The translations under genes were made by a program, and so were the position numbers. This document shows, piece by piece, positions 1 through 14,738 of a stretch of DNA of 64,000 bases (its first letter is position 1; the number at the start of each line of letters is the position of its first letter). This DNA comes from Octopus vulgaris (taxonomy: Eukaryota). The stretch is taken from positions 32,240,001 through 32,304,000 of the forward strand of contig OX597819.1 in NCBI GenBank assembly GCA_951406725.2. Direction: 5' to 3'. Below the pieces are notes generated by a model. The model was not told where the DNA came from. It did not search any database and saw only the letters and a program-made list of their open reading frames with translations.

Positions 1-160
1 TTTCGTCATCTTTACGTTCTGAGTTCAAATTCCACCAAGGGTGACTTTGCCTTTCATCCTTTCAGGGTCAATAAATTAAGTACCAGTTGCATACTGGGGT
101 TGATCAAATCGACTGCCCCCCCCTCCCCCAAAATTTTAGGCCTTGTACCTACAGTAGAAA
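1..160 (+). mobile_element. tRNA-derived SINE, family A (cut by window edge)
   Basis: B-box-like GAGTTCAAATTCC followed by the family body GACTTTGCCTTTCATCCTTTC...AAGTACCAG...GGGGTTGAT, which recurs >25 times in the window. Confidence 0.8.
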
Positions 161-579
161 AGAATATACCACCAGCATTGTCCAGATGACCTTAACATCA
201 GGTCCAGAATTTAGCCAAGACTGGGGGCCACATGTCATATGCCACCTACATAATTCAGGTTTACAATACATAAATTCACTGCAACACAATTTTTACCTCA
301 ACAGGCCCTGCTCTATTTAACATTATTCTAAAACAAATCAAAGAAAAAAGATCTCATTTCCTTCAAATGAAACCAGGACAAATTTTTTCCAAGGGATGTC
401 AGATAGGCCTCCTTTACTTGGATGTATCTCAGTCAACAACAAATCCCTACTTGAATGAGCCATGATACCACAAAACTTACCTTAAAAATGACCTAGCAAG
501 TCCTATCAGGTGGTTGCTATTAAATTAGGCATGATCCTGGCTAATCTTTGGCTAAAACATATCTAGGTTGTCTATGTTA

Positions 580-1010
580 TCATCGTCATCTTCGTTTAAC
601 ATCCGTTTTCCATGCTAGCATGGGTTGGACTGTTCGACCGGGATCTGGGAAGCCAGAAGGATGCACCAGGCCCCAATCTGATCTGGCAGTGTTTCTACAG
701 CTGGATGCCCTTCCTAACGCCAACCACTCCATGAGTGTAGCAGGTGCTTTTTATGTGCCACTGGCACAGGTGCCAGGCGAGGCTAGCAACAGCCACCGGC
801 ACGGAAGCCAGTCAAGGCGGCGCTGGCATCGGCCACGTTTGGATGGTGCTTTTTACGTGCCACCGGCACGGAAGCCAGTCAAGGCGGCGCTGGTATCAGC
901 CACATTCATATGGTGCTTTTTATGTGCCACCGGCACAGGGATCACAACTACAATTTCCATTGATTTTTGATGTTGATGTACTTGACTCAATAGGTCTCCT
1001 CAAGCACAAG
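580..1010 (-). mobile_element. Interspersed retro-repeat (SINE/RTE-related) with internal tandem subrepeats
   Basis: CAT-type tail at left; GGATGCCCTTCCTAACGCCAACC motif; three copies of GGTGCTTTTTAYGTGCCACYGGCAC. Confidence 0.55.
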
Positions 1011-1434
1011 GTCAAAACAGTGTTTCTTCTGATAGCAAAAATATTAACGACAGTAGAATTAACTACTGGGTATTAACTATGTAACATAAAGATATTAGCT
1101 ACAGAAACATGGTTATTTTTGATGCAATAATCATATTAACTATGGTAGCAACATTGTGATAGTTATAATAATGATATCAACTGCAGTAATAACATTGTGA
1201 TGTTTATTATAGAAAAACTGTTCTATGGTTATAACACTGTGATATTAATTGTATTGACCTGGTAATAATTTTGTGATGTTTGTATTAATAATAGTTTTAT
1301 TTATGATAGTATCAGTGTGATTTTTGCAATAGAAAGAGTATTAGTACTAACCATGTGACTGTTTTAATGATATGAACTGTGGTTATAACCCTGAGGGATT
1401 TGTAATAGTTAAGGTATTATATCTGTTTGTAAAG

Positions 1435-1893
1435 GCACTGAGCTGGCAAAATGCTTAGCGGTATTTCGTCTGCAGCTACGTTCTGAGTTCAAATTCTGCT
1501 GAGGTCATCTTTGCCTTTCATTCTTTCAGGGTCAATAAATTAAGTACCAGTCGAGTACTGGGGTCGATGTAATCGACTTGCCCCTTCCCCAAAAATTTCA
1601 GGCCTTGTTCCTATAGTAGAAAAGATTATATGTGGTTGTAATAACTCTGATGGTTGCAATAGCAATGTTATTAACAATTGCAGTATTGGTTTCAAAATTT
1701 TGGCACAAGGCTAGCAATTTCTGGATAAAGGATAAGATGATTATCCTTTATCAACTGGTAATTATTTTATCGACCCCAAAAAGATGAAAGGCAAAGTCAA
1801 CCTTGGTGGAATTTGAACTCAGAATGTAGAGGTTGATGAAGTGGTGTTAAGTATTTTACCTGGCATGCTAATGATTCTACCAGCTCACTGCCT
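1435..1893. mobile_element. Two family-A SINE copies (1435-1630 +, ~1688-1893 -)
   Basis: Matches to the family A consensus in opposite orientations. Confidence 0.75.
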
Positions 1894-1896
1894 TAT

Positions 1897-1933
<37 letters not shown>

Positions 1934-2789
1934 TAATAATAATAATAATAATAATAAAATCCCAAGGTTTAAAACAAACTTTTTTTTATTTTTATTTTTA
2001 TATTTTTAAAAAAAATTTATTTTTATGTATTAGACATTCACTAGTACAACACCCAAAAAAAAAAACCCCAAATATATGGCACAGAACTTCCAACCTGTTG
2101 TCTCTTGAGGTCTCTGGGTGAGACTTGGAACCAACTTGTACAGACATAAAGCAAAAGTCAAACATAGAATAATAATAATAATAATAATAATAAATAATAA
2201 TAATAATAATAAGAAGAAGAAGAAGAAGAAGAATAAGAATAGCCATGGTAATAATACTGTGATCCTTGTTAAAGAAATGCTATTATCTGTAGAAGTAGCA
2301 CTGTTTTTGGTGGTTATTATAATAGCATTATCTGTGGTAATAATAACATGGAGACTCTGAAAGCAAAGGTATTGTCTTTCGTAATAATAGTTTGATGGTT
2401 ATAATAATAATGGTATTAACTATAGTAGTTACACTGTGATGGCTGTAAAAGTAATAATATGAAATGTGGTAGTTACCCTGTGACTGTTGTAACAATGATG
2501 TTATCAGAATATTAAAAATATTACCTGTGGTCATAGTGGTATGAAGATTGTAATATTAATGGAATTATCTAAGGCAGAAGCTGGCAGAATCATTACAGCA
2601 TCAGGCAAAATGCTTAGTGGCATTTCATCTCCTTGTGTGTTTTGAGTTCAAATTCTGCTGAGGTCGTCTTTGCCCTTCATCCTTTCAGTGGTTGATAAAA
2701 TAAAAGTACTACTTGGGTACTTGGAGTTGATGTAATTGACTTAACTCTGCTCTCCTGAAATTACTGGCCTTATGCCAAAATCTGAAATG

Positions 2790-2847
2790 GTGATGATGAT
2801 GATGAAGATGATGATGATGAAGATGATGATGATGAAATGACAATGAA

Positions 2848-2882
<35 letters not shown>

Positions 2883-3023
2883 CGGCAATGGCGATGATGA
2901 AGATGATGATGATGATGATGATGATGATGAAGATGATGATGATGATGATGATGAGATGATGATGATGAAGATGATGATGATGAAGATGATGATGATGAAA
3001 TGACAATGAAGACAATGATGATG

Positions 3024-3060
<37 letters not shown>

Positions 3061-3117
3061 CAGCAATGACAATGAAGATGATGATGATGATGATGACAAT
3101 GATGAAAATGGTTGTGG

Positions 3118-3170
<53 letters not shown>
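2790..3170. repeat. (GAT)n compound microsatellite
   Basis: Direct reading; explains the poly-H/S/M ORFs. Confidence 0.95.
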
Positions 3171-3171
<1 letters not shown>

Positions 3172-3659
3172 CGCTGGTGGTGGTGACTCATGGTTATAAC
3201 AGTGATAATAACAGGGTTTCTCATGGCTGCAACAGTAACTGTATTAATTGTGGTTAAGGTCACCGTGATGATTGAAATAGTAATTCTATCATTAACAGTG
3301 CTAGCAATGCATTGAAGATTGCAACAGTATATTGGTAATTAATAAATTTTGGTAGTAACACTGCGGTGAGTGTAATACTAATGAGATTAACTTTGGAAAT
3401 GAAACTGTGGTTGTTGTATCATTACAGTATTGACTAAGGTAATAATCATTATTTGTGATTGTTAGTACCAATGTGATTGTTATTTTGTTAAAGATTATTG
3501 ACAATTAGAGTAATACTATGGTAGTTGTAATACAAATAGCATTAATTTGGTAGTAATAGTGTTGTTTCAATAATAATCATATTAACTCTGGTAATCAAAA
3601 TCTGATATTTGTAATTGCTTACTTGCTTGCAACAGCTCATCAAAGGTGATGACAACGTC

Positions 3660-4270
3660 AGTCCAAGATATTCATCCTCCTCCACCTCTGGCACATTGTT
3701 TCTCATGGGAGTGGACATGGTTGGCAAGGCCGATACAAAACAGGCAGATTTGTAGTACTGAGAGCACTGAAAGTGACCCCGGACAACAGCTATTGTGAGA
3801 TAATGACATCTCCTCCTCTCTCTCTCTGTAGTCTTCTACATTCGGTTTCAAACCACTCCACTCCAGTATTCCACATGGACTGCCATGCCTTGTGATTAAC
3901 AGTCAGGGCCTCCAACTGACTGAGAGTTTCATGGCTGAAAAGATCATATGAGATAGATCCTGTGGTATCGAGAACACTGAAAGTGACCCCAAACAACAGG
4001 GGTAATAATGACGTCTCCTCCTCTCTCCGTGCAGTGTTCTACATTCAGTTTCAAAGTGCTCTGTGCCAGCATTTCACATGGATCTCCATGACTTATGATT
4101 AACAGCCAGGGCCTCCAGCCAGCTGGGATGGACACTGCATAAAATGAGAGACCACTTGAAATGATTATGAAAACAAAGTTTTGGACATCTATGAGACCTA
4201 CTTCCATTTACAATCCTGTCTTTAGGACCATCTTTGGGACCATCTTTGGGAGCCAGTTACCTGGCATCCA
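3660..4270 (-). mobile_element. Decayed RTE-clade LINE 3' fragment with ~210-bp internal tandem duplication
   Basis: Minus-strand peptides LEALTVNHKAWQSMWNTGVEWFETECRRLQRE and ICLFCIGLANHVHSH resemble the RTE ORF C-terminus; 3761-3920 is repeated at 3970-4130. Confidence 0.65.
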
Positions 4271-4277
4271 AATACTA

Positions 4278-4635
4278 AGATACTTGTAATAGTAAATGGG
4301 GTAAAGACCCCACTTCAGTCAAGAATGACCATGAGATTGCACCTAAAAAGTTCTCTTCCAAGGCACAAGTCTAGGCAAGATTGTTTACGGAAGACCAGCA
4401 GTCACCCATGCATATCAAACCCCCTCTCAACACCACCAATGTTGTTCAAGGGAAAAGCAAAAGCTGATATATCTTGGCTCCAGTGACATCGCAACTCATT
4501 TCTACAGCTGAGTCAACTGGAGTAATGTGAAATAAAGTGTCTTGCTCAAGATCATAACACACAGCCCAGTCTGGTAATCAAACCCACTACCTCATGGTTG
4601 TGAGCCCAACACTCTAACCATTGAACCATGTACCT
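4278..4635 (-). mobile_element. tRNA-derived SINE with CORE-like central domain
   Basis: Minus strand: tRNA-like head, TCTTGAGCAAGACACTTTA core-like motif, RTE-like tail. Confidence 0.65.
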
Positions 4636-4707
4636 ACACTTGTAATAATAAAGATAGTAATACTGGCATTAACTCTGTGACAGTTGTAACAGTAATGATA
4701 GTAATTT

Positions 4708-6330
4708 CGGTCTCAAATTTTGGCACAAGGCCAGCAATTTTGGAAGAAGGATTTAAGTAGATTACATCAAATCTAGGGTTCAAATGGAACTTCTTTTATT
4801 GGGCCTGAAATGTTGAGTTTGGTAGAATTTGAACTCAGAATGTAATGACAGACGAAATGTGGCTAAGCATCTTGTCTGGTATGCTAACAATTCTGTCATG
4901 CTAATGATTTTGCCAAGCTAATGAATCTATTAACTATTTTAGCAACACTGTAGTGATTAAATTAGTAACTTTGTGCATGTTAGTAACATTGTGATGGTTG
5001 TAATAGTAATGTTATTAACAGTGGTAGTACCCCTGTAGTTGCAATATTAATTAGTCTAAATGTCATAGCAACTCTGTGGTGGTTGCAATAGTTAAAATCG
5101 TATTAATTTTGATACTAACCCTGTGATGCTTGTTATAGAAATGGTATTAATCGTGGATACTATTTTTGGTGGCTATAAAAAATTTTAACACAACGCCAGC
5201 AATTTTAAGGGCTTAGTTGATTTCATCAAGTCCAGTGCTTGTCTGGTACTTTATTTCATTAATCTCATAAGTATGAAACGCAAAAGGCGGTGAGCTGGCA
5301 GAAACGTTAGCATGCCAGGCAAAATGCTTAGTGGTATTTCGCCTGTCTTTATGCTCTAAGTTGAAATTCATATTTCTTTATTGCCCACAAGGGGCTAAAC
5401 ATAGAGGGGACAAACAAAGGGAGACAAAGGGATTAAGTCAATTAGATTGACCCCAGTGCATAACTGGTACTTGAAATTCTGCTGAGGTCGACTTTGCCTT
5501 TCGTCTTTTCAGGGTCGATAAATTAAATACCAATTGCATACTGGGTTGATCTAGTCAACTGGGACCCTCCCCAAAAATTTCGAGCCTTGCGCCTAGAGCA
5601 GAAAAGGATGAAACGCAAAGTTGACTTCAGCCAGAATTGAACTCAGGGAATAGAAGACTCAAAGAAATGTTAAGGCATGTCCTCTGGCATACTTATAACT
5701 CTGCCACCTCACCACCTTAATAAAAACAATAATGATTTCAAATTTTGCCACAAGAGCAGCAATTTTGGGGAGGGTACTAGTTGATTACATCAACCCCAGT
5801 GTTTCACTGGTACTTAATTTATTGACCCCGAATGGATGAAAAGCAATGTCAATCTCAGCAGAATTTGACCTCATCCAGCACATTAACAATTCTGCCAGCT
5901 CACTACCTTCTTAATAATAACAACAATAATAATTATAATAATGATAATGATTTCAAATTTTGGCACAAGGCCAGCAATATTGGAAGAGGGGGGTAAGTCA
6001 ATTACATTGACCCCAGTGCTCAACTAGTACTTATTTTATCCTGAAAGTATGACTGGCGAAGTTGACCTCAGCAGAATCTGAACTCAGAACACAAAGATGG
6101 AGGAAATGCTGCTGAGCATCCTGTCCAGCATGGTAGCAATTCTGTTCACTCTGAATGTGAAGGACTTGATAATGGAATTTGAGGAGAGGAGGATGGTCAG
6201 TCCCATCAACCCCCAGTACTTTTCTGGTACTTAATTTAGACCATAAAAGGATGCAAGGCAAAGTCAACCTCAGCAGAATTTGAACTCAGAACATAAGGAG
6301 AAGTAAGATGCCACCAAACATTTTTCTCGG
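4708..6330. mobile_element. Cluster of nested, decayed family-A SINE copies
   Basis: At least six partial matches on both strands, including an inverted tail inside a + copy at ~5370-5470. Confidence 0.7.
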
Positions 6331-6334
6331 CATT

Positions 6335-6670
6335 ACTCTTTTACTTGTTTCAGTTATTTGACTGTGGCCATGCTGGAGCACCGCCTTTAGTCAAGCAAAT
6401 CGACCCTGGGATTTATTCTTTGTAAGCCAAGTACTTATTCTATCAGTCTTTGTTGCTGAACTGCTAAGTAACGGGGACATAAACACACCAGCATCGGTTG
6501 TTAAGCAATGCTAGGGGGACAAACAGACACACAAACATACACACACATGTATATACATATATACGATGGGCTTCTTTCAGTTTCCGTCTACCAAATCCAC
6601 TTACAAGATGCCATGCAGTGGGACTGAACCCGGAACCATGTGGCAAGCAACTTACCACACAGCCTTCTGC
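6335..6670 (-). mobile_element. tRNA-derived SINE, family B (internally deleted)
   Basis: Reverse complement of the 7645-8040 copy. Confidence 0.8.
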
Positions 6671-6914
6671 CATCTCAACAACAACAATAATAATAATCCT
6701 TTCTACTACAGGTGAAAGGCCTGAAATCGTGCATGTGTGTGTGGGACGGTGGAGGGGGGGGGCTAGTCGATTACATTGATCCCAGTGCATAACTGGTATT
6801 TATTTCATTGTAAGGCAAAGTCGACCTTCGTGGAATTTGAACTCAGACTGTTAAGTACGGATGAAATACCACTAAACACTTTGCCCAGCATGCTAACGAT
6901 TCTGCCAGCTGACC

Positions 6915-6965
<51 letters not shown>

Positions 6966-7644
6966 AAAAATAATCCTTTCTACTATAAGCGCAAGGCCTG
7001 AAATTTGGGGGGAGGGGAGGGGAAGGAAAAGGGGAAGTAAGAAAGGAGGAGGGTGGAAGGGATGGCCGCCATCTTGTTTAATAATTCGAAACTAGTTTTT
7101 GATGTGTGAGGATAAAATGTGTATTCTCATTGTTTAGCCCATGGTCACATCTGCTCAAACAGATCTATAGCTGAATGTGATCCAGCTGTGACTCTCCCAC
7201 CTCCAAGTTAACAAAATCTAGTTTGTATTACAGAATACAATTTGAGGAAGAATTGGCTGTTATTTCTAGCTGAGCTGAAAACTATGGAGATGCTTCATTG
7301 TTGGTAGGGGTGGTCATGAAGGAATGGAAATTGAACTAATGGTTGATATTAGCTAAGATAGTGATGCTGATTGTGATGATGGTGGTGATGGTGCCAATCG
7401 CATACTCGTGTTGATGGTAGTGATGATGGAGATGGGGTGGGGTGAGGTGGAAATCTGGATGATGGTGGTTGTGGTGGTAAGGGTGATATTGGTGGATTGG
7501 ACGGTGGTGGTTGCAGTTGTGGCATCCAGATAAAGATGCGTTTTGGTGATAGTAGTAGTAGTAGAAGTAGTAGTAGTAGTGGTGGTGATGGTGGCGGCGG
7601 CGGTGTTGAAGGTGGAGGTGAGTACGGTTGTGATTGTGGTGATA

Positions 7645-8040
7645 GGCGGAGAAATGGCTGTGTGGTAAGTAGCTTGTTTACCAACCACACGGTTCTGGGT
7701 TCAGTCCCACTGCGTGGCCCCTTGGGCAAGTGTCTTCTACTATAGCCTCGGGCCGACCAAAGCCTTGTGAGTGGATTTGGTAGACGGAAACTGAAAGAAG
7801 CCCGTTGTATATATGTATATATATGTATATGTGTGTGTGTGTTTGTGTGTCTGTGTTTGTCCCCCTATGCTGGTGTGTTTACGTCCCCGTTACTTAGCGG
7901 TTCGGCAAAAGAGACCGATAGAATAAGTACTGGGCTTACAAAAGAATAAGTCCCGGGTTCGAGTTGCTCGATTAAAGGCGGTGCTCCAGCATGGCCGCAG
8001 TCAAATGACTGAAACAAGTAAAAGAGTAAAAGAGTAAAAT
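7645..8040 (+). mobile_element. tRNA-derived SINE, family B, near full length
   Basis: A-box TGGCTGTGTGGTAAG, B-box GGTTCAGTCCC, CORE-like CCTTGGGCAAGT, internal TA/TG microsatellite, (GTAAAAGA)n tail. Confidence 0.85.
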
Positions 8041-8497
8041 AATATCCAGGTAAAGACGATTTGTGGTGATAGTAGTAGAAGAGGTGGTGATGGCGGTGGT
8101 TGTGGTGGTGGTAGTAGTAGTAGAGGTGGTGATGGTGATGGTGATGGTGGTGGTGGTGGTGGTGGTAGACGCAAGATGATAACAGTAGGTGCTAAGAGCA
8201 TTAGAACAAGTCGCTGTTAACCATCTGCTAACTAAATCCGCATGTTTTAAATAAAGAAACATTTCACCATACCAGACTTTCTGATTGCTATTAGCAATAT
8301 CTGGCTAATTTCGGTGATAGGTTTCAGATGAAGAATTTAGGTTAAATAGCTAAAATGTCGGTCAAACAATTATTACGGCTATTCGTTAATTAGACAACAA
8401 GGAGTCACAATGCCTAGTTGGATGAAAGATAGCTGTCTCGTAAATGAAGTCCTGGTGAGTCCGTATTTCCTCCGTAGCGACATGTATTGTTCGTGTT

Positions 8498-9148
<651 letters not shown>

Positions 9149-9485
9149 TAAGAAAGTGTGTGTGTGTGTGTGCGTGTTTTGACCCAGTTACGTGAAGAAG
9201 AGAGGTAAAATATTGTAAGATTGCTGCTGATGTAGCACAAATTAATCGGAAATTGACGAACGTCTCCGTGATTTACTGTTAGCGCCGAGCAAAAGCTGAA
9301 AACCACTCAAACGAGAAAACATGAATTAATTAAATATGACCTCGTTCTTTAGAGGTTGAGTAAATAAGATATGGGACTTAGTTAACGGATTGAGTACGAA
9401 TTTGTTATTGAACAGATAGTATATTTATGCTGTCTACGCCCATCTTGTCTTTAATTCAGACAGTCTATTTGGGATTACGTTATCC

Positions 9486-10086
9486 GGATCTTTTCGGTTT
9501 GAACGGCAGTTTTTTTCTAGCGGTGTCATATGAAATTGTCACCCATAATTATGACCCTAGTATCGATCTATTGCATTTAAATCTGTTTTAGGTTAGGGTT
9601 AGTTAGTTAGTTAGTTAATTTTTTGGCTCAAAAGCAAAAAGCAAGGCCATGTAGGGTGACATAATGTTAAGTACAGGGTGGTGTTCATGTAAAGAGTTCA
9701 GGCCACTTGAGGTCAAGGGAGCCTTTGAACAAAGCGGTCGTCGGCATCTTCACCATCTCGTCTAGCAGTTAGGGTTAGGGTTAGGGATGGGGGGAAGGGT
9801 ATCTTTTTTTCTTCATAAATGTAAATAAACCCGATCTGTTTCTTAAACGAGGGACAAATTCATACGGCACAGAATGTTTTCACCTCAATAGACGGTCATT
9901 GATTGGTTGAAATTGCAGAAATTGAAGAAAAAACAACAACAAATATCTTACAAACCATAGAATTTTCTCAATAAAGCCAAGAGAAAAAAGATGTTTTATA
10001 AACACATTCTACCAGTATACGAAGTTTAAAATTTTTTAGTTACCTAGAAATTATGTTAAAAACTGCCGTTCAAACCGAAAAGATCC
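9486..10086 (+). mobile_element. MITE family M1 (GG termini, internal TTAGGG tract), interrupted copy
   Basis: TIR GGATCTTTTCGGTTTGAACGGCAGTTTT at both ends; ~170-bp insert; no TSD visible in this copy. Confidence 0.9.
9598..9768 (-). mobile_element. 5'-truncated CR1/L2-like LINE 3' end with (TAAC)n tail
   Basis: Minus strand LLDEMVKMPTTALFKGSLDLKWPELFT* resembles the CR1 ORF2 C-terminus; followed by a 3' UTR and (TAAC)n; absent from the other M1 copies. Confidence 0.65.
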
Positions 10087-11222
10087 AATTTAGTTGCTAA
10101 TCTTAGAACGTCGAGAGAACACCGACAAGGCTCCATTATTGGCCATAGGTAATTCTCTTGTGATTCCACATGCGTTGATGTTACTGTTGTTCAAGCGAGG
10201 GAAGCTACCTCCTGCAAATTATGAATTCAAAATGAATGCCGCGCCGTCGCCGTCGCCGCCGTCGTCATCGTCATCATCATCATCATCATCATCGTCATCG
10301 TCGTCATCGTGGTCGTTATTATCATTATCACCATTATCATCTTCGTTGTCTGTCTTCATAATAACCATTGTGCTGATCATGAGGACAGCCATAATTGTCT
10401 CAGTAATACTTTCCCCGATTCTTTGAGATATATAAACGTACGTCGGTATTTAGTAGAGTCGGAAGGCAGCGATCTTAGTGGTACTTCGTCCGCCTTTACT
10501 TTCTGAGCTCAAATTCCGTCGAGGTCGACTTTGCCTTTCATCCTTACAGAGTCGATAAAATAGGTACCATTTGAGCACTGGGGTCGATTTAATAGACTTA
10601 ATCCTCCCCCACCCCCAAATTGCTGGCATTGTGCCAAAATTTGAAACCAGCATTATGAAATTCGAGAAGGTGGTGGACTGACAAAATCCTCAGTGTGTTG
10701 GGCAGAGTGCTCTACGGCGTTTCTTCCGATTATTTCCGCTCTAACTTCAAACCAATTGACCTGCCGAGGTCAACCATGCCTTTAATCCTTTAGGGGGCGA
10801 TAAAATAGGAACAAGTTAGGCACCGGGGTCGATGCAATGAACTTACTCCCTCCCCAGGGAACTTCTGGCCTAGTGCCAAAATTCTAAACTAATATCTAGT
10901 TCAGCCCGAGAAGGCGGCCAGCTGGCAGAATGGTAAGCATGCCGGGCAAAATGCTTAGCTGCATTTCGTCCCTCTTCTCGTTCTGAATTCCAATTCCACT
11001 TTGCCTTTCATCTTTTTTTTTGGTCGATAAAATAAGTATCAGCCGAACACTGAGGTCGATGTAATTGTTGGCTTTGTGCCAGAATTTTTGAAACCAATAT
11101 TTAGTTCGCTCATTTGTCTTCGAGTTTACATCTTGGAGAAATTAACTGTCTTTCGCTCCTCCAGGGAATCGTTAATAAACAAAATGTACCAGGCATACAC
11201 AGTGGTCATTCATAAAATATGA

Positions 11223-11665
11223 GGATCTTTTCGGTTTGAACGGCAGTTTTAAACATAATTTCTAGGTAACTAAAAAATTTTAAACTTCGTATACTGGTAG
11301 AATGTGTTTATAAAACATCTTTTTCTCTTGGCTTTATTGAGAAAATTCTATAGTTTGTAAGATATTTGTTGTTTTTTTTTCTTCAATTTCTGCAATTTCA
11401 ACAAATCAATGACGTGTATTGAGGTAAAAAAACAACATTCTGTGCCGTATGAATATGTCCCTCGTTTAAGAAACAGATCAGGTTTATTTACATTTCTGAA
11501 GAAAAAAAGATACCCTTCCTCCCACCCCTAACCCTAACCCACTCTAACTAACCCTAACCCTGAAACAGATTGAAATGCAATAGATCGATACTAGGGTCAT
11601 AATTATGGGTGACAATTTCATATAACACCGCTAGAAAAGAACTGCCGTTCAAACCGAAAAGATCC
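11223..11665 (-). mobile_element. MITE family M1
   Basis: Same TIRs; 8-bp TSD AAATATGA on both sides. Confidence 0.93.
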
Positions 11666-11851
11666 AAATATGATATTGTCTCACATATACAATGTAGCGA
11701 GTTGGAAAACTTCGTTCAGCTGAGGTTATCCAACCAACTGTATGGCACTTGGTCGGTTACGTCGACGAGGGTTCCAGATGTTCCGATCAACAGAGCAGCC
11801 TGCTGGTGAAATTAATGTACAAGTGGCTGAGTACTCCACAGACACATTTAC

Positions 11852-12082
11852 CTATTTCTTTACTACACACAAGGGGCTAAACACAGGCAGGACAAACAAG
11901 GACAGACAAACGGATTAAGTCGATTATATCGACCCCAGTGCGTAACTGGTACTTATTTAATCGACCCCGAAAGGATGAAAGGCAAAGGTGACCTCGGCGG
12001 AATTTGAACTCGAAACGCAACGGCAGACGAAATACAGTTACGCATTTCGCCCGGCGTGCTAACGATTCTGCTACCTCGCCGC
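11852..12082 (-). mobile_element. Family-A SINE
   Basis: Near full-length reverse copy. Confidence 0.85.
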
Positions 12083-12296
12083 CCAAGACGTCTTCTATTC
12101 GGACAAGGTGTCTAGGACTGTATTATCCAATGAATTCTTCCTTCGTTATGGGGGTAGTGTGTGATTTGGTTACACTTTCAGGCAGGTTGAGAAACCAGGT
12201 AAAGATTTTTCCTCAAAATATTTTGTAGCCTTAATGAGGATAATAAAATAAAGGTGTAATGAACAGGTACTTACCAAAATAAGAATACAGAATATA

Positions 12297-12864
12297 TTGG
12301 GTTGTCCGGAAAGTTTGTGTCGATTTTTAAAGGAAAGAAAAAGGGTCAATAAATACTTGCCATTACACTTTTAATCAACCAAATATGAACTATTTTGTTG
12401 CACAATGCGTCTCCATCTTTCCTTTAACTTGAAAAGACCCTCTTCCCAGAATTTCAGGTGGTTTCATGGTAAAAAATTCATCAAGGTATCTTTTTACGTC
12501 ATCCAAGGAATTGAAATTTTTACCATTAAAACTATTCTGCAGAGACCTGAATAAGTGGAAATCCGAAGGAGCAATATCTGGTGAATATGGAGGGTGGGGT
12601 AACACATCCCAGCCGAGTTGCAGCAATTTTTGTTTGGTTCCCAAAGCATCAAGTGCCGAAAATGAACTTTCTTATCTTCCATTTTAAAGGGTTACAGACT
12701 TAACACAGGTTATAGGAACATAAACCTTCTTCCACGAAAAGATAGCTTAAATTGTGCTCTAAATGGAGGCGTAATCAAATCCTATTTTATGGACTCAACC
12801 ATGTTCTAAAATAAGTCGAAAGATAAGCTACTATAAATCGGCACGAACTTTCCGGACAACCCGA
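12297..12864 (-). mobile_element. Internally deleted mariner transposon
   Basis: ~30-bp TIRs (TTGGGTTGTCCGGAAAGTT...), TA TSD, transposase N-terminus MEDKKVHFRHLML joined to a C-terminus with HPPYSPDIAPSDFHLF. Confidence 0.95.
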
Positions 12865-13088
12865 TAGTATCTTTTACCTTTTTATCTTTTACATCTTTCA
12901 ATCGTTAGACTGCAGCCATGCTGGAGCACCGTCCTGAAGAATTTTTAGTCGAATGAATCGACATCAGTACTTAATACTTTGCTAAGCCTTGTACTTATTC
13001 TGTTGGTATCTTTTGCCGAAACGCTAATGTTATGGAGACGTAAACACACCAGCACCGGTTGTCAAGCGGTGGTGAGAGACAAACAGAA

Positions 13089-13120
<32 letters not shown>

Positions 13121-13249
13121 ACATATATATTCTAACGATCAGTTTTGCTGAACCTCTAAGTTATGGGCTCGTAAACACACCAACAACGGATGTCAAGCGG
13201 AAGGCGTAACGGGGAGCAGGGAGAAAGCGCAGACACAAAGACACTCAGA

Positions 13250-13524
<275 letters not shown>

Positions 13525-13677
13525 TATATAATTTGAAAGAAACCCATCGTATGTACACACACACACACATGTGTTTGTGCGTCTGTGTTTGTTGCCCCCA
13601 TCGCTTGACAACCGATAGAATAAGTACTAAGCTTACAAAGAGTAAGTCCTGGGGACAAATAAAAGAATAAAAGAATA

Positions 13678-13807
<130 letters not shown>

Positions 13808-14361
13808 GTACGACAGACTTCTTTCAGTTTCCGTCTACTAAATCCACTCACTAGGCTTTGGTCGGCCCGAGGCTATAGTAGAAGACACTTGCCCAAGGTG
13901 CCACTCAGTGGAACTGAAGCCTGAACCATGGGGTCAGGAAAAATATTTTAATATTTTGGTTCAAAAAATTATTTTAAACTTATTTGATACAATTAAATAT
14001 TTTTCAGAAGGTACTAATAAAGCTATCTACCTTTATTGTATTAAAGGGCATAATAAGCGTGTTCAGACGAGGAAACATGATGGTTTTCGACCAGTTTATT
14101 TATCGAAATATGGATTTCTATTACCCAAACTTAAAGAATGTTCTACACACTATCTTGTATTTTTTTTTTTTTGAGAGGAAATTTTATAATCGATATAGTT
14201 GACCTGAAAATCTTAGAGATCTTACAGATAAATATTTTATCGACTTTGGAAGGAAAAAAAAAAACCCAAACGGAAACAAACAGCAATGACGGTTGATATG
14301 ATGGAACTTGAACTCAAAAAGTGCAGATGAATTAGAATATATTTTTCCACTAACATAAGTA

Positions 14362-14738
14362 AAGGAAGCACTCCGTCGGTTACGACGATGAGGGTTCCGG
14401 TTGATCCGAATCAACGGAACAGCCTGCTCGTGAAATTAACGTGTAAGTGGCTGAGCACTCCACAGACACGTGCACCCTTAACAGGGATATTCAGCGTGAC
14501 ACAGAGAGTGACAAGGCCGGCCCCTTGAAATACAGGTACAACAGAAACAGGAAGTAAGAGTGAGAGAAAGTTGTGGTGAAAGAGTACAGCAGGGATCACC
14601 ACCTTCCCCTGCCGGAGCCTCGTGGAGCTTTTAGGTGTTTTCGCTCAATAAACACTCACAACGCCCGGTCTGGGAATCGAAACAGCGATCCTACGACCGC
14701 GAGTCCGCTGCCCTAACCACTGGGCCATTGCGTCTCCA
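14362..14738 (-). mobile_element. tRNA(Arg-like)-derived SINE, family C
   Basis: Minus-strand head TGGCCCAGTGGTTAGGGCAGCGGACTCGCGG...GTTTCGATTCCC; 14-bp TSD CACTAACATAAGTA at 14348-14361 and 14739-14752. Confidence 0.88.

Noticed and set aside
3542-3760. Minus-strand host exon ending at a GTAAG donor
   Set aside because: The region is better explained as the RTE ORF end and 3' UTR in another frame
7645-7720. tRNA genes at SINE heads (also ~14670-14738 and ~23000-23070)
   Set aside because: A/B boxes are present but there is no complete cloverleaf, and they continue into SINE bodies
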